Under the pieces are notes generated by a model, which did not search any database, was not told where the DNA came from, and was given only the letters and a program-made list of their open reading frames with translations. DNA of 64,000 bases from Lama glama (Eukaryota), in NCBI GenBank assembly GCA_028534125.1, contig CM052816.1, positions 83,516,001 through 83,580,000 on the forward strand. The letters are read 5' to 3'. Every line of letters begins with the position of its first letter. Within the stretch, counting starts at the first letter, position 1. The position numbers and the translations under genes were made by a program. Shown here piece by piece: positions 12,101-26,044 of the stretch.

Positions 12101-12937
12101 AGTAGATTATTAGATATTTTTCTGGCCATAAATCCAACCATTTACTAATGATCACCAGCTATATCACAAATATTTTCTATTGCTACTATAATGTGAACCT
12201 AAATAAAATTATAAAAGCATTATAGTTTTTAAAGCAATATACACATATTACATTTCTGGCAAAAATCATAGCATGCACTGATGTACAGATAATAATATGA
12301 CTTTAATTCATTTTCAGGATATTATTAGTTCATAATTAATAATGATAGGAAAAAATGTTAATGGAGGTTAAGCCCAAATTTAGGTTTAGATTAAGATAAA
12401 AGTGTCTTGTCTATATTTGTTGCCTTCTAAATAGCACAACAACAATTGAGGAAATATTCAAGTATTTTTAAATTACTGTCCAATTGGGAAAAAAGTCATT
12501 GACGAATTCATGAAGATCTGACGTATTTCTGTTGTCTTCCTTTTGTCTTATTTGTCAACATAACCAAAACATACATGAAAATATCAACTAAAATTGTGAG
12601 GACAAAAATGCAAATATTTGTTTCTCATATTACTTTCAACAAAAAGCATCGATTGAAGAGGTGAGTCTGAAACACTGTAACTGTTTTGTAGATGTCAGTT
12701 AGTCTCTCTTATTGTCATGCCAATGTTTGCTTTCCCAGTGCTTCCATTAGCAGCGTGATGAGGTTAACACGTGGACATGATCACTCTTTCCAAGTCTGAT
12801 CAAGTTACTACCCCTGCTGAACTCTCAAACTTCCCAAGGCATAGGCCGAATATCTGGCAACTCCATTGTCTTAGAAGCAGCAAGTTATCCCTCTAAGAAT
12901 CAGTGCATACTCTGTGTATGGCTTGACTTTCCTCTCC

Positions 12938-13551
12938 GATACTAGTTTTCTATTGCTGCTTTTGCAAATCATCAACAAACTAGAGCTTTAAGATGGGATA
13001 AATGTATCACCTTACAGTTCTGTAGCTCAGAAGTGTGATGCAGGGCTTCAGTCTGCACCAGGTTAAAATCAAGGTGCAGCCAGGGCCCCATTCGTTTCTG
13101 CAGTCTCGAGAGAAGGACTAGGTTCCTTGCTTATTCAGGTTGTTGGCAGAATCCTGTCCTTTGTGGTGGTCACAGTGAAATCTCTGTTTTCTTGCAGGCT
13201 GTGACTTCAAGACTGTTCTGTACTTCTAGAGGTCACATACATTTCTAGACCTCCTCTCTCCATCTTCAAATCTTCAAATTTTATACTCAGATCAAAGCCA
13301 GCCACAAGTCAAGTCCTTGTCAAACTCTGAATCTCTACTCCTTCTTCTGTCTCATCTTTGTGACCTCGTCAGGAAAGGCTGTCCACTTTTAAGAAATCAA
13401 AGAATCTACAACAATAATAACCCTACCTCCAGTTCCTTAAGCTTAATCACATTCGCAAAGTTCCATTTGCCTTGTAAGGAAAGATAGTTAACATGCTCTG
13501 AGAATTAGGGCATGAGCATCTTTGGGTAGGAGCAAGCTTCTGCCTCGCACA
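12938..13551 (-). mobile_element. MaLR LTR (MLT1E-like)
   Basis: Left end tactagttttctattgctgct, internal ttacagttctgtagctcagaagt and gcttattcaggttgttggcagaat, right end gagaattagggcatgagcatctttggg...tctgcctcgcaca. Confidence 0.8.
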
Positions 13552-13714
13552 TGCTCGTAGTCTCTCATTAGCACCTCCACACATGTGCTTACAGGATTCA
13601 TGAACATGGTGTCACACAAAAATGTCCTAGGACAAAACCACCACCTTCGTGGCAAAGCAGACATACTGATGGCATTAATATTGTGAAATATCCTAGTTTT
13701 ACAGAATACCCTAT

Positions 13715-14055
13715 TATCTTAATCCATTTGGACTGCTGTAACTATCACAGGTAGTGCTCATAAAACAGAGAAATTTATTATTTTTCACATTTATGGAGGA
13801 TGAAGTCTAATGTCAGGGATACCACCAGCATTGTCAGGTGAGAGCCCTCTTCTGGATTTTTGTATCCTCATGCAGTGGACGGGGTGAGCTAGCTTTCTGG
13901 GGCCAATTTTATAGAAGCACTATTCTCATTCATGAGAGCACCACCCTCATGACCTAATCACCACCCCAAGTCCTTACCTCCTAATACCAACACCGTAAGC
14001 ATTAAGTATTTAATATATTACTTTTGGAAGGGTCACAAATATTCAGTCCACAGCA
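13715..14055 (-). mobile_element. MaLR LTR (MLT1A-like)
   Basis: tatcttaatccatttggactgctgtaac ... caccctcatgacctaatcac ... acaaatattcagtccacagca. Flanks cctat/tctat form a 5-bp TSD with one mismatch. Confidence 0.85.
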
Positions 14056-14499
14056 TCTATATCTTGTAAGCAGTGTTATGCTGTTTTCCAGGATCATGTT
14101 ACATGCAAAGTCTATACCTCATACATGGTGGTGTGTCTCCCATAACTAAAATACCTGAACCTGGGAAACAAAGGATGTAAGTAGAATTGATCCTCTTCAC
14201 TTTCAACTACAGTAACTCATTTCTATAATTTTTTCTTTCTGTTCAAGAAATCTTAAGAGTTTGCCATGCTAAAGGAATTAATTTGCACCTCCTCCTATGA
14301 AGAGGAAATAATGGCATCTTGATTTTATACCAGATCTGTGTACCATAAGACAGTAAGATCACCAGTGGTCCTGAGTCATCTTTGACCTAGTTTATCTGTC
14401 CCAAGGAACTGTTTGGCCTCATATTACAATCCCACTCCTTGAATTCTTTTTCAGGATAGAGTGATCCTAGTAATGACTCAAAATCATTCCTGGGATTAG

Positions 14500-15000
14500 A
14501 AAATCACTCATTTTTCATACCACTGCTACTATCACAGATTAAGATGCTCCCATGCTCTGCATCAAATGAAAAAAAAGACCACCCTGCCTAAGCACTGGGT
14601 AAATGGGACTCATTAATATCTGGCTTCCAAGGGGATTTCTGGAGAGACATGGGGACATATTCAAAGATGCAGGGGAATTAATTCCAGTAGAACAGGCTTT
14701 GACCAATGAGACACAGAAAACTGGCTGCATTCAGTGGATCATTTTTCCATTCTTTTTCCTTCTCAAAAGACCATTCCAAATTGTCATGGTTTCATGCAGT
14801 ACACTCACCCTTCCCCTTGCCCCTCATGAGAGTCAGCCACCAGTTGTGTTTACTGCAAAGTAGCAGATGATTTGGTAAAGTATCTTTGTTGTTTTTGCTC
14901 TTTCCTACTTCACTTCATTTCCCCTCGTTCTTACTTCCCTGAGATTGTATCACTTTCCATAAAATATTAGAACATATGACTCTTTTCTAGAAAAACAAGA
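14500..15000 (+). mobile_element. LTR16-family ERVL LTR (likely the 3' LTR of the upstream ERVL internal remnant)
   Basis: ggggaattaattccagtagaacaggctttgaccaatgag, gtcatggtttcatgcag and ttacttccctgagattgtatcact resemble LTR16-group consensus. Same orientation as, and just downstream of, the ERVL-int fragment. Confidence 0.6.
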
Positions 15001-15049
15001 AGATTGGTTAATGTGGTAAAAGATATGATGCATTTGATACTGAACTATT

Positions 15050-16330
15050 CAAACAGTCCTGTAATGAACACCATTTGGTAAAACATACACTGTTTTATTT
15101 TGTTATCTGATTTACTTTGCCAATATTTAAGATTTTGACACATATACACATATTTGACATATATATATATGTCTGCAGCTTTTTGTTTTGTTTTTTTGGT
15201 GGTAAACCTGACCACATACTTTATTTTGTCTGTGGTGATTAGCATTTTAATTCTGTTCTTCTCTACAGTGTTGTTTTGGTGAAACTAAGTTTCCAAGAAA
15301 AAAATATTTAGTTAATTTATATTTTCAAATTAATTTGTCTTTAATACTATGTGTCTGTATATATCTCAACTCCAATGGCTATTTTAGTCATGTTATATTT
15401 ATGTTATATTATTTTATGTGCTTATTGTATTACTAATAATAGTTTGTCTAGTTGTTTCTCTATTTTTTATTCATTTTAATTTTGTTCAACTAAAATTTTA
15501 TATATAATTACAATTTTTAATTAATATTAAATTATTAAATTGAATCAAAAAATTAAGTATTAGGCCTGCAATTTTCCTATTTTAACATCAACTTATGCTT
15601 TTAACTCTATTATACTTTTTATGTTTTTAGCTTATCTTCATATAATTAATTCTTACTATTTTTAATTTATATTAACAAGAATTTTTTCCCTTGAATATTA
15701 TTTTATTATGACTTTTTTCATATTCCACAAATTGATTGTAGTGTTTTTATTATCATTCTTTGAAGAAACTACATTCAAAGAATTTCTTCATTAATGTAAG
15801 AGTTTATAAAAAGTTTCAGTATTTCCATATGGAAATTTTGTTATTTTATTAATAGTTTTCAATTGTGCTCTTTGTAATCACATATATGTATATGTATATA
15901 CTATACTATATAAGATATATGCATTAATTTTAAAAGTAGTATTTGTTATCTGATGTATGAAGATTTTTATAAATGCAATGTCAATTGTGGACAAACATTT
16001 TAATAATTATTGATAAGCTTTATTTTGTGTAGTTTGAATTTTTATAAGTATTCTAAAATTTTCTGTATGATTTATTAGAGATGTGCTAATGTTATTATTC
16101 ACGTTTTCCTAGTTCTTCTTTCCAGCCTCTATTATCTATCATTTATTTTCTGAAAGTTGTATTTACTTGCACATAAATATTTATATCTTGATAATTATTA
16201 TTTTTAGCGTGGTAAAGTGTCTTTGATCTTATTTATTATACATTGGCTTGAATTACACCTAGACTAATATCAAGATCTTTACTACTTTTCTTATTTGTGT
16301 TTATTTTTTATAATTTAACTTATCATCTTA
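15050..16330 (-). mobile_element. Highly decayed old L1 (L1M) fragment
   Basis: Strongly T-rich + strand with old-L1 antisense motifs (e.g. tattccacaaattgattgtagtgtttttattatcatt). Confidence 0.45.
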
Positions 16331-16363
16331 TTTTTCACCATGTGAATAACCTCCATGAGTACG

Positions 16364-16397
16364 CACACACACACACACACAGACACACACACACACA
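16364..16397. repeat. (CA)n microsatellite, one interruption
   Basis: Directly visible. Confidence 0.95.
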
Positions 16398-17161
16398 AGC
16401 ATGTGCATACATGGTACCATAATTACCATAAATGACAACATTTTTAACAAAATAAATTATTCACGGGCTTTTATAATCTAATCTTAATTTATTTATTATT
16501 TTAAGTCTTTTGGGGTGTAGACTGGCATAGATACTTTGCCTTCAAATGCTATTTTGCATCACATTTTCTGCTTCCTCCCAAAGTTATCGCAGATACTATG
16601 AAAGGAATTCTCAACATTCACTTTCTTTCTCTGCTCACTGATAGAACACCAAATTTGTTCATAAGTCCCACTAAAATATTCATCTTTCCAGGCTTCCATG
16701 TATTTAAAGTAAGTGATTCAACTTTGACAAATAACATGACATTTGGTAGGCCTAGGGACAAAAATTTTAAGTTTCCCACCCATTTCTCTTGATCGTGAAC
16801 CACAAGTAAATTAGTAATTTACTACTGTAAGGAAAAAGAAAGAAAGAAAGAAAAACTAAAACAAAACCAAACACAAACAGGCTTAATTAGACTGTTGGCG
16901 CAGAAACTCTAGAACAAACTCTATTCTTTGAAGACTTCCTTTAGTTGCTGTCCCAATCACAGAAAGCCTAGCTCCAAATCTAACCACGTGGGGGAAATAG
17001 CCTCCTAATGAGTTACACCACTATTGTCAGATGTTTGTTACTTGTGCTTCAGCACCATGGTAACTGATACAGAGCTGTTGAAGGTACTGAAATTGTGTTC
17101 TCCTTTGACTGTTGGACACCACTGACTGCATTATTTTAATGCTTTTTGTAACAAAATTACC

Positions 17162-17322
17162 ACTTACTGAGTACTTGCTCTGGGCTAGATACTGAGCTTA
17201 CCAAAGACTTTTTACATAGGTGTTGAGGATTATAAAAACTAAGTAATTTAACTAATTAAGATTACACAACTGAAAAGTTTCAAGCAGGAAACTGAATCCT
17301 GTTTGAGTTTTTCAAAGTCTGC
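17162..17322 (-). mobile_element. MIR SINE fragment
   Basis: acttactgagtacttgctctgggctagatactgagct ... taagtaatttaactaattaagattacacaactg ... gcaggaaactgaatcc. Confidence 0.55.
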
Positions 17323-20300
17323 TTATAAATATGTATCTCGAAAGTTCTGCGCTATTTTTTCAATTGCAGACAAGAATTTTTTTTCTAAAGAAGCAACTGA
17401 TATATTTTCGTGCAAGTATGATGATAAACTATGTTTTTCAAATCATGACAGCATAGCAAACATAAATACAAGAAAATCCAAAAATATTATTCTTAAATTA
17501 ATAACTAATCTTTATTCAAATCTGTTTTTATTTAACATAGCATTAAAAAAACAGACAATTTAAAAAATACAATAAAAGACATACTGCTTATATTTTACAT
17601 GTAGTTAATATTCTATCATTATTACTTACATCTTTAAACCAGTGGAGTTAATAGTATATTATCAGTTTAGGTAAAAAAAAGATATGCTTTTGTGATTATT
17701 TAAGAAGTAAATTTCTGATATTTCATTTTATTATTTCTAATCTCTGTTGAAATTCTTCTTATCTGTGATTAAAATGTGACCATGTATAATTTAAACATCT
17801 CTACTTTAATGATTTAGTTCAAATGGGCATTTAGTTAAAGCTTTACAACTGAGAAGAACGATAACTAATCAGATTTTATGAGCTTAGAAGAATGGGATGT
17901 GGTTGAGCCTCACCAAAAAGATCTGCTGGAAACAACAGATGTATCGGTGAAGTCTAGATAAAAAAGGTGAGCCAAACTTATAAAATGCAAAACAAGTGTT
18001 AAAACTTGCTGCCTTTATAAGCCAACAAATATGACCTATTATATGTGACAGATAACTATTTTTTCCAGTGAAATGTGAACAACCAAATCAGCAGTGCATA
18101 AATTTTATGTTGTATACGGGTTCACAAGGGGCTAGCTATGTGATTTTATCTGAGAATTGTAAATGCAAATGCATTTGTTTTATTTTATAAATATAATTCA
18201 TTGAATTTATCCAAATAATTGGAGCAGATTCACTGTTTTGTTAAAAAGGGGGAAAAAAAAAGACTAGGATGACAAAAGAGGGTTGCTTATGAGGAAGAAG
18301 AGATGGAAACTAAACTTGGTGATGAAAGAGTCAAGGAGAGAAAGATAGAGACCAAGTTTAAACAGTTGCCCAGAGGCAGAAGGGATTCTAGGGAGTATCA
18401 GATACTACATCAAACTTGGGAACATGTAATTCTTCTAGATGTTAAAGCAGTCACTCATCTTCATATTATTGCTGCTATATGGGTGTGAGAGCCTGGTACT
18501 GCCAATTATTTTAATTTTCAATAGGTTTTCCATGTGTCATATTTCACTAAAATATGGTGGGTGTCAAACTAAACATGTCTATGGACCAACTGTGTGTCTG
18601 CAAGTCTATTATGGAAATATTATGTATCCAGTATTCAATTTCATTTGAAATAAAACATTAACTTTTTATGATTGTGTATTGAATTTGAAATACAAGACAG
18701 TATCTTACCTCATCAATTAAAAAAAAGATAATGGGGATAAAGTTTATAATAGAAAGAGAGGAGACAAGCATAAACTTAGGTTTTGTCGTAAGCAAATAAA
18801 ATAATAAAATAGATCTGAAGTGAGTGAGGGAAAAGAGAACAGCAGAGAAGTTGGTTCAAGAGGTTTGTTTGTATCACTGTCCTCATTCTTGCAATTTCAT
18901 ATAAGATGTAATTTCTGAATTATAACTTATTTCATATCCTTTACTTGTACTATCAACATTAATGTATTTTAAGAGTTACTTATTTAAAAAATGACATCAG
19001 AAATAACGTACTCATTTCAATAATAAAACCCTCTTTCTATAATTTTTTGGACTACTTTTTGAAGTTTAAGTCTGCTTCAGTAGTAATTAAAGAAAATACA
19101 TTCATAATTGTCATATTATGAGATTTCACATGTATACTGGGTGCATGCTTTGCACTGATTTGCATTTGAGTGTCTTTAGGATTTATATCTACCTTATCCA
19201 TTAGAAAGAACATGTTGATAAATCAAACGAAATACTAATGTTCAAGTAAAATAATCTGTATCTAAATTTTTAAATCTTAGACATGATTAAATGACTTACG
19301 CATCTCCTTTTCATCTTCTTTCTTACTGAGTGATTGCAAAATGACTAAGTTCTGGAATTAAAAAAAATCATGAATACTATAACATATTTGTGATAAAAAT
19401 TGATAAGACCACTCACTCACAGGTAATAAGCTATATTTTTAAAGCCCACATCCAATAGTGTATATTAAGCTTTAAAATGCACACATTCTATGAACCAGCA
19501 GGTGAACTTTTCCATAGCTACTCCTATTTCTTAATAGCATTCCTTCCTTGTGTTGACTTTTTGTTTTCTAATTTAAAATGCTCTGAGGACACAAATGTCA
19601 AGTAAGTTGCCTATAATTGCATTCATACTTGTTGTTAAATGCAATTAATAAGTATACTCTAAATATATATGAAAATGAAAGTATGCATTCAGGCTTTAAT
19701 TTTCGTGCTAATCTTTTGCTTATTTTTTAATCAATGTTGAAAAAAATAAAAAAAGCCTTAGGATGCTCTTCAGCTTCAACTTGGAGGTCAACAAGGACAG
19801 TGAGAGCAAAGAGCTGATAAAACGGAGGGTGCCAGGCAGAGCAAGCCACTGTGATTATTTCCTCAGTGTCTGTTTTGCAGAAAGGTCTTGTTATCTCAAA
19901 ACTCAAGAAGATTATAAAGGTTATTTTTTCAAGGCAGAAGGTGTGTCAAAGAAAACTACTCAATCATGCTGTCCAAGATGTGTGTAGTTGAAATTAGAAT
20001 TTATATTAGAAAATATATTTATCTTCTATATCAGATAAAACAGAGGATTCAAATTGATAATTAAATCTGTTTCCTAAATTTGAGACAGCCAATCAACTAA
20101 GAAATCTAAACACAGTTTTGAACAAGATGTATAATTATTTTTGAAAGTAATGAAATAAAGTAAGAATGAACATACCACATCACAGAAACTAAAACAGAAT
20201 GGAGAGTTAGTTTCATGTTTTGTACTAATTTCTAATTAATTTCTAATTATTAATAGCATGGCTCTATCACAGATTTCTAAATCTGAAACATATACTTACT

Positions 20301-20762
20301 ACTATATAGTATCTATCTGAACCTATCTCTCCACATAATTAAAGACATTTAAAATATCTGGGGTTCTTGCAATGTATGTGTTTGTGTGTATGCTTTAAAA
20401 GAGAAAGGCATAAAAAATGTTGATATATCAGTAGCATTGTAAGCAACTCTTTGAATTTCAAATAAGGGCTTCCATATTACATTTTTAAGTAATAATTCAA
20501 AATTCATTTGCATTTTTTCTTTCCTAAGATTCTACTTCATGATTCCAAACTGTTGTGGAAGAAAAGACTCTAAGGGGCAATTTATTGATGAACTTCAGTA
20601 GTGAAAAGTTATGATAATAAAAAACAAGAAAGGGCACTTAACATTCATCTTATGTTACTTTTCTAATAAATAAAACATATACTGATTGAGCTATCTATAA
20701 ACAAGTCTTTCAAAGAGTAATTTTTATACCACACACAATATTAGAGATGCTGATTACATATA

Positions 20763-20894
20763 TGGATTAAAATATTTTAAAAAGCACAATAAGTGACAAC
20801 TGCCATTTGAAAATACTTATAATTCATTTTGGATTAAAATATTTTAAAGGAGTATGTAATTGACAATCACCACATGATGCTATTTATAATTCAT
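20763..20894. repeat. Degenerate 2-copy tandem duplication, 67-bp period
   Basis: tggattaaaatattttaaa at 20763 and 20830. Both units contain tgacaa and end ttataattcat. Confidence 0.8.
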
Positions 20895-23224
20895 ATATGT
20901 TCATATTTACCTGATAATTTCAGGCAATCTAAAATTTTGTAACTTATACATATTTCACAATTACGTGCAGTCACAAAGTCCAGAAAATCAATAAAGCGAT
21001 CCAACATGCTCATTTAAAAATAAAAAATTGTTCCAAGAATAGTTGATAAAATAATTACTGATATTAATGTTTTCATTTATCTCTGATAGTTCTATATTTT
21101 CACATCTATTCTCAATTTAGATTTGTGAAGAGTTGTATCACTTTAATTGTGGATAAGAGGAGCTATTCCAGTTCTTCAATTGATGTAATTTTCTGTTATT
21201 ACCTTCCAGAAGTACAAAATGAGTTTCACTAATGTAGAAATCCAAAAATAATATATTGGACAATGTCATCTATAACAGGGGTACACAAGAAAATAAGCTT
21301 TTCTCTGGAACAGTTTCATCTGGATTTTTTCCCCCTTATTTCTATACCAAATGTTAGCTGGATATTTAGCACTGAATAATTTATTAATCAAATACTTAGC
21401 AGAATTACATGCCATATACTGTGCTAGATACTGAATAAGACATGTATGTTTTGTCCTTTTTGAAGGTTTTTCAAAGCTTGAATTCCCCACAATAATGCAA
21501 ACTTCAAAAAGGAAAAAACATACATGTGCTGAATGTTACCAAAGAGAAGAGTATCACAAATTGACTTAAGAAAACCCAGAGAAATGGATCCTCAATATGG
21601 TTTGAGGAAAGGAGACTGTTTGCCTGTAACAGGTCAATTTATGTCCTTTATCCAGAAGTAACTGTCAGTAATAGCTCATTTCACTATCAAAATTGTCACA
21701 ATTGTATAAACCATAAATGATATAGTTTCTCTGCTTAAGACTATCTTAACTATAACTTTCTCTCAATTTCATTTTGGCTTCTATTAAATAACAAATATTC
21801 CCAAACTGGGTTTTTCAGAAATTGACCAAAACGTATACTGTTGATTGAAAAGAGTAGCTTTGAAAAGAAAAATCAGACAATATAATTAGGAGGCAAAGCT
21901 ATGGTGATCTTATGATAAACCCACCTGGATAGGTGGTTAAATTTTGTTACCATGAAATGCCCTTTGGGAGTATGCAAAAAAAAAAAAAATCTAAATTACC
22001 CTGTAAAGTGGGGATCATTTTTTATAAAGTGATTAGATACTTAGTTGTGATTTACAACTAAGGAGGAATGAAAATAAGATCAATCTGGTAAATTACTTAG
22101 CAGCAAGTTGTACTTAAAATTGCCTAAAATACAGAATGCTTCTAAATGTATTTGAGCTTTTGTTTTCATTTTATAGAAAATTTCCAATGTCATGAAGAGA
22201 AATCCAACATCTTAAATTTTCTGATTTCCTTCATAGGAGTGGCCTCTTATTTACCCAAAGACACACTTTCTATGAGAACTACTTTCCAGACAAGAATTTG
22301 TTTAGAAGTTTCTCTACTGTTTGCCATGCATAGCCCGATACTCATCTCTTGATCTTCACTCTTTTTAATGCTGCAAACTCAGATGTCCACTCCCAGGTTT
22401 CCCTATTCCTATTTCCGATCTATTGCTTCCATTCAGTCCAAGTACTGTCCCACTGTTACTTACTGGTTGCAAGCAATAGAAACCACTTTTGGTTAAGTGA
22501 GATTGGTGTATTCAAGAGTTTCTAGAATCAATGGGAAAGCAGAAGCAGTAGATCTGGACAAGAACTAAGAAAGACAGGGCACAGCCAAAGTCTTTCCACA
22601 GGAACAATCAGCTTAGGCTAGCATTGCTGCCATCATTGTGAGTTAATGCCCTCCGTCCTCATGGCTTTAGGACTCTGGCTGGCAGGCAGCTACACTGTGC
22701 CACTTGGGTTCATTTGCTTTCCCGATTCTCTTGTGTCCCACTGAATGTTACTTACTTATGCCTTTGAAAGACTTGGCAAATAAATAAGAACCTATGAAAA
22801 AGCTAAGAAAGGACAATTTATAAAGTACAATGAGGACAAGGAGAGGGGGTCACATTGGAAAACTGAAGTGAGAAACTGAGGTAGAGTTTATGTCAATAAT
22901 ATCCAAAGAATTATTAAAAAAATTATCTACATATATTAAATATGCCATATATTAAATAGTCCATGACCTTCTGAAACCTTTATCCTATCGGTTGCATAGT
23001 TCTATTTTTCTTTTTCATCTCTACCATTTTCCCTTTAAATATGTCTTCCTTCTTTTTTTTATTATCTAATATAATGATACTTGTCTCTCACCCATAATGG
23101 TTTTGTTATCATGCATTATGCAGTACAGAATATTATTTTCACGTGAGTAAAAGCGTGTTTCATGTTATAATTTATTTTGTTTGTAAATCATAAACTGATG
23201 GTGTAATATGTCCATAATATAACT

Positions 23225-23770
23225 GTGAGTTGTTTATTGATCCTTAACAAACCATACCAAAACACAGCAGCTTAAAACAATGCCATTTTAATTGCTCATG
23301 ATGTTGTAGGTAGGAAACGTGAACTGGGCTGAGATGAGGGGCTTTGTAAGAGGTTTCTCCTAGGGTGCTCACATAGTTGCAGTCATAAAACAGTTTGACA
23401 GAGGTTGAATGGTCCCACATGTCTTCACTCACATGTGTGACTGATGTGTGTTACAGATGGACTGTGGTTCCTCAATTCTCATTCATGTGTTTCCCCGTCT
23501 TCTAGTGGTGTGGCCTTATATAGTGGCCTCATGGTTAAAAGAGGAAGAGAATGGAAGTTAAAGGATTTCTTGAGAAGTCATGAACTCTAAAATGTCATCT
23601 GTATACCATTCTATTGATCAAGGGAAGTCATACTTCCCGCTCAGATGTAGTGGATGAGGAACTAAACCCTACTACTTACTTGATAGGAGTATGGCAAAGA
23701 TATAGCCAAATAGTCTACACATGGGGTCGGAGGAATTATTGAGGCTATTAAAATAAATCAACTCCAACCC
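23225..23770 (-). mobile_element. MaLR LTR (MLT1F/G-like)
   Basis: taacaaaccataccaaaacacagcagcttaaaacaa ... ttgctcatga ... ccattctattgatcaagggaagtcata ... ggaggaattattgaggc. Confidence 0.75.
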
Positions 23771-24419
23771 CTAACATAAAAAGAATGTAGACAGCTAGTT
23801 TAGTTGCAGAGATAATATTTTAATTTATTCTGTTATGGATACTACATTAAGTAGAAAAACATAACCTAGATGAATATAGTAATAAAGGAAAAGTACCCTT
23901 TTGAGTGTTTTTGCTCTTTCATAGGGCTACCTTATTCCCAACTCATTCAAATGTGTTTTCAAAAATAGAGCAGAATATTTTCTGAATGCAAAGTATCTTT
24001 TGATTCATATTATCTTCTTAGTACAAATACTGAGATAAAAAGAAATATTAAGGGAATAATACATAATTTCAGTAAAATACAATATTCAGAATGAAAAATA
24101 CATGGCATATTTTAGTATTGAGAGAAATAAGAAATAAATTAATTCAATAAAAATGGTATCATTCCAGCTCCCTTTATATCTTTTATTGGGGTATAGGCGT
24201 TTATTGCTCATAACAAAGCACTGCAGTGGGAACAAAGAAACAGTGAATTTACACTGACATTGTCATTAGGATTCATATTAAATAAGGGAGAAAAAAAGAA
24301 GTCAAGTATGTGAGAAAGGGAATGAGTACAATAAGACAACCTCTATCCTCCAAGTACAGGGCAATAAGATTTCTGGTTACCTTAACATTTCATGGTTCAC
24401 CTCCTTGACCTACTTGCAA

Positions 24420-24680
24420 GAATTCATGGTCACCACAGTAGTTGTAGAATCTAATTTACTTGCAAAGACCTGTATGGAAAAGGAGTTTACAAGTCTCCCT
24501 TGGTAGGAGATCTTTTTTAGGGTCTAGTATGAATTTCTGTCAAGTGTATCTTCCTGGCGTCCAATCTAAATCACTCCTGCTGTGATTTAAACATATTTCC
24601 ATGTCTTCTACTCTCAATGGAAATGAAGAGCAGCTGGTTATAATACTCCTTCATGTACTTGAAGGTTATAGTTTTAAGAC
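24420..24680 (-). mobile_element. L3/CR1 LINE fragment
   Basis: cttcctggcgtccaatctaaatcactcctgctgtgatttaaacatatttcc...ctcaatggaaatgaagagcagctggtt...ccttcatgtacttgaag resembles the reverse complement of the L3 3' ORF region. Confidence 0.7.
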
Positions 24681-26044
24681 ACTCATTTAATATGCTCTGA
24701 AAAATCTTATAAACTTTGGAATATTTCCTTTACAAGATGATTGAACGGTTTTAAGTGATCACATGCCATAAAAACTCTTAGCTTGTTAACACAGCAATAT
24801 ACAGTAGTCCCTCTATGTATTTCTCTCCTTGTTCACTGCATTTCACTTGTTGGTAGTTTTGACAGCTTTTTCATCCCATGGGGATCACAGTCAGAACTCT
24901 AAGTATTTGTTTAAAAGTTGGAATATCAGAAGAAAAATGTATGTATGCAAAAATCTTGACCTATAATTTAAAAAACTAAGAAATCTTTCTAAGTTTAATA
25001 TATTTAATGAAAGCATCTATATATTCTTAATTTTCAAATGTGAGCAGTGAAAGAAAACATGATAATCTAAGGTGGTTTAGGAGTTGGCTGAGTGGTGATG
25101 TGCAAAAACTGTTGAATTCCAGGACTGAATTAGATAAATAATTGTGAGTAAACAGGCGAGACATTGTTGGGCGAGATCAAAGTTTATCCAGGTGAAATAT
25201 GGCACAGTAGTAAATCTTCAAAAAAAAAAAACCATGACCAAATGCATAAGTCTTAAATATCTCTTCTCTATTCTGCCTGTTTAATACAACATCCCAGCCT
25301 GAATGCCATTTATTTGCAATAGTGTTAGCATCTTGAAGGATTTCTCCCTGGCATAGCCTTTTGATGCATTCAGAACACCCACAGTTCTACATTCACCAGG
25401 GTCTCTTTCTATGGATTCAATCCATGTCTTAGCAAAGCTCAATATGGGAATATACTAATGCTACCAAAAGATTATTTTCTCTCTTCATTCTTAATTCACC
25501 CTATACACCAGTTAAATTATGTGAAACAAAAGTTGTAACAACCAGGCTGTTAGCTATCTGGAGGATGCAGTGGTTAGGCAATAAAGTAGTATCTTCTCTC
25601 CTCTTGGCCAATGGGTGAAACGTTTATTACTTACGAAGTTGTAGCAAACCTGGTGGGACTTGGGTGTAAGAAAATATCTTCATGTTGGAAATCATGTTTT
25701 TACCACTTTTTGGATTCTTAATAACTACTTAAGGAAAAGCAGGAAAAAAAGAACTCTTTTGGATATGATACTGTGTCTATAAAAAAAACTGACAGTCAGT
25801 GAGGTTGGTGGTGAATTTTCTTATATATTTCTCACGCCATAAGAGAACTATTTGTCTTCCACGAGATTCCACAGATAAAGGGCTTGGTATTAACTTCATC
25901 ATTTTTTTCAGGCATGAAGTAAGTGCAGTTCAAATGTTGCTGCCCGCAACTGTGATTGGCACACTCAGGTAAAGTCAATGTTCTAATGTTTATTGTTAAA
26001 TATCCTTTTCCACACTAATTAAGTGGTAAAGAATATTTTAATTT

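Larger units (their letters stand above)
12730..14300 (+). mobile_element. Decayed ERVL internal sequence (integrase region; ERV3-16A3/ERVL-E-like), interrupted by two MaLR LTRs
   Basis: Resembles ERVL pol consensus segments: tactctgtgtatggcttgactttcct (12908-12933), catggtgtcacacaaaaatgtcctaggacaaa (~13605-13637) and catggtggtgtgtctcccataactaaaatacctgaacctgggaaacaaagg (~14124-14173). No open frame remains. Confidence 0.65.

Noticed and set aside
20763..20894. CRISPR-like repeat-spacer array
   Set aside because: Only two units, the interiors are homologous to each other, there are no cas genes and the context is eukaryotic.
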